Shown here piece by piece: positions 28,001-29,912 of a stretch of DNA of 29,912 nt (position 1 is the first letter of the stretch; every line of letters starts with the position of its first letter). The stretch is from Oligoflexales bacterium (GTDB lineage: Bacteria > Bdellovibrionota_B > Oligoflexia > Oligoflexales > Bog-1112). The notes under the pieces are model-generated. The model was given only the letters and a program-made list of their open reading frames with translations. It was not told the DNA's origin and ran no database searches. Both the position numbers and the translations under genes were made by a program. The stretch spans positions 1-29,912 of the forward strand of contig JBGCDR010000101.1 in the NCBI GenBank assembly GCA_045105515.1, in the 5' to 3' direction.

Positions 28001-29425
28001 TTATTGAGTTTTTTCAACTTCCTTAGTAAGGGTCAACACTTCAACCCAAGTTGGACTAGTAAGTAAAATATAAGGTTCTAAAAGTTCCAATTGTCCACTA
28101 GCTTGATTGATCATGAAAGACTGCATTTGATATGGACTATCTCTTCCAAGAACAAAAAGGTACTTATCAAGTGGATCAACAGCAAATTCCCTTGGTTTAC
28201 CTACCGTAGGAACCCGAACACCCTCGATTTGGGATAAAGATCCAGTTTGTTCATCTACAGCAAACATAGCAATACTATGGTCATTTCCTCCAAGATTGCG
28301 ATTAGAAGCGTAAAGAAAACGACCATCCGAAGTAAGGTGTATATCAGCACATGTATGACTCCCAGTGGCGGCAACTCCCTGTTCAAGAGTCAAAATACTA
28401 TCAAGTTCAGTCAGGTTTTTTCCCGCATCATCCCAGCTATACCAGGTGACACTATTAGCATATTCATTGACTGCATAAAAAACTGCTAGCTTGGGGTGAA
28501 ACCTAATATGCCTAGGACCTGCAGAATTAGGATCAGTAAGATTCTTAATATTTGCGATTGAAGAATTTATAGGGTCAAACTCAGCTCCCTGCAATTTAGA
28601 AATACCGCCATCCCTAGGCCCAGTATTAGGAAAAAGAATAAAGTCATTGTTAGGACTGGTAATAACAGAATGAAATCTAGCTTCATCATTGTCAGACACT
28701 AACTCACGTCTATTATTCATATCAAAGGATAAGGTTCCATCAGCTAAAATTGGGAACACCTCAACTTTATCACTTTCATAGGAGCTCACAACTAATGAAT
28801 CTCCCGTATCGTCTACATGCAGATATACAGGCGAATAACCGAGATCGAGTGGATCGTTAAGTAAAGACAAGCTACCATTATCAGGATTTATAACCAGGGT
28901 CTGTAAGGATTGTGATTGTTCTGTACCTACATACATAAATTTTTGATCTTTACCTATTGCAATCTGTAACGCCATATTTGGCCGATTTTCTGGATTATTA
29001 TTAAGCATAAATACTGATTTTTCGGTAATTGCACCATTATTTTGATCAAGCTCATAGTGAAGTATACGATCATTAGCCCCTACATACACAAAATAACTAG
29101 AAATAGTTTCTGGCTGAGGTTCTCCTTCATCATCCTGACCTTTAGCATCAACTTCATCTGGAGAATTATTTTTCTGCTCAGAATCATCTTCATCTTCTGC
29201 AGAGCTATCCTCCTCAGGGTCAATATTAGGCTCGGTAGGATCTTGGTTCTCATCATCACGGCCTTCAGGTTCTGGCCTCGTGTCACTTTCGGTTCCAGTT
29301 AAATCATCGCTATTTTCGTCAAAGGTATTATCCTTCGAAAATTTTTTTACCTTGTCGTATTCACGATTTTCTAAACAAGAAAGGTTCACAGCCAAAGCTG
29401 TTATAAAGATTAGTAACTTTGTCAC
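28001..29425 (-). CDS. lactonase-family (Pgl/YbhE-like) seven-bladed beta-propeller lipoprotein with acidic N-terminal linker
   Basis: AGPRHIRFHP, YAVNE, CADIHLTSDGRFLYASNR and PREFAVDP motifs; GTG 29425 with AGGGA RBS gives MTKLLIFITALAVNLS-C; the ORF extends to 29620. Confidence 0.88.
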   Translation of the reverse strand: MTKLLIFITALAVNLSCLENREYDKVKKFSKDNTFDENSDDLTGTESDTRPEPEGRDDENQDPTEPNIDPEEDSSAEDEDDSEQKNNSPDEVDAKGQDDEGEPQPETISSYFVYVGANDRILHYELDQNNGAITEKSVFMLNNNPENRPNMALQIAIGKDQKFMYVGTEQSQSLQTLVINPDNGSLSLLNDPLDLGYSPVYLHVDDTGDSLVVSSYESDKVEVFPILADGTLSFDMNNRRELVSDNDEARFHSVITSPNNDFILFPNTGPRDGGISKLQGAEFDPINSSIANIKNLTDPNSAGPRHIRFHPKLAVFYAVNEYANSVTWYSWDDAGKNLTELDSILTLEQGVAATGSHTCADIHLTSDGRFLYASNRNLGGNDHSIAMFAVDEQTGSLSQIEGVRVPTVGKPREFAVDPLDKYLFVLGRDSPYQMQSFMINQASGQLELLEPYILLTSPTWVEVLTLTKEVEKTQ

Positions 29426-29460
29426 AATAAGTTCCCTGATACCTTGGTTTCCAGTTGAGC

Positions 29461-29488
29461 TTTTCGGCAAATTGCCAAATATTCTTGA
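29461..29488 (-). promoter_or_regulatory. sigma28-like promoter candidate
   Basis: Minus strand TCAAG-N15-GCCGAAAA, 35 nt upstream of GTG 29425. Confidence 0.6.
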
Positions 29489-29912
29489 TCTGCGCGAAAT
29501 ATCTTTAAATAAAATCAATAATTTAAAAATGTTGATCCAATCATGAATTTCAGAACTTGCCTTTCCCTTAGCTGAATAGATCAAGCTTCTTTTAGAAGCC
29601 CTGGCAAAATTCCCGAACAATTCTCAGGAGTTCCATAAGTGGATAAATCGGAATAACCAAAATGACTTCACAGGTACCTTTCTACAAACTAACAATTGGT
29701 AATTATGAAATGGGGCCAAGATTAAATAATACCTAATCTGATCCGAATCATATATACAGGGGAAAATACATACTAAATAGTGCCTGATTGGAAACACACC
29801 GCCGCCTTTGTATGTAAGGCTTAGAGCACTATAATCTTTAGCGAATTTCCCCAGTTTCTCTAAAAAGGCTATAATTGTCGGAAAATCAAAAGATCTTGGG
29901 GGTGCCCATGCG

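Noticed and set aside
29426..29620. 65-codon N-terminal extension of the lactonase ORF
   Set aside because: It contains the sigma28-like promoter; GTG 29425 has an RBS and yields a lipoprotein signal.

Overview
AT-rich bacterial chromosomal window, probably from a Bdellovibrionota/Oligoflexia-like organism (inferred from gene content and promoter style, not verified). It has about 23 CDSs. Recognisable genes are a trypsin-like protease, a secreted GH2 beta-galactosidase, an orphan CheY-like regulator, lepB, a stand-alone GlmU-type LbH acetyltransferase, an S8 subtilase, hflK-hflC, fabH, an MFS-acyltransferase fusion, a TolC-family protein, a cadherin-like/fibro-slime lipoprotein and a lactonase-fold lipoprotein. 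Several orphans lie among them. I saw no rRNA, tRNA, CRISPR array or transposase. Main observations: (1) a two-gene operon of CheA-derived proteins, each a His-less Hpt (P1) domain joined to a CheW/P5 domain with no kinase, which may be a phosphorylation-dead chemosensory adaptor or decoy module; (2) sigma28(FliA)-like promoters in front of seven transcription units, mostly orphans, two of them with GGA-rich CsrA-type leaders; (3) a 759-aa lipoprotein with two Gly-rich hydrophobic helices around a coiled coil; (4) a TolC with no pump partners beside a secreted internally duplicated protein; (5) a fibro-slime domain inserted inside a cadherin-like domain; (6) a degenerate REP-like palindrome cluster and a candidate structured RNA.
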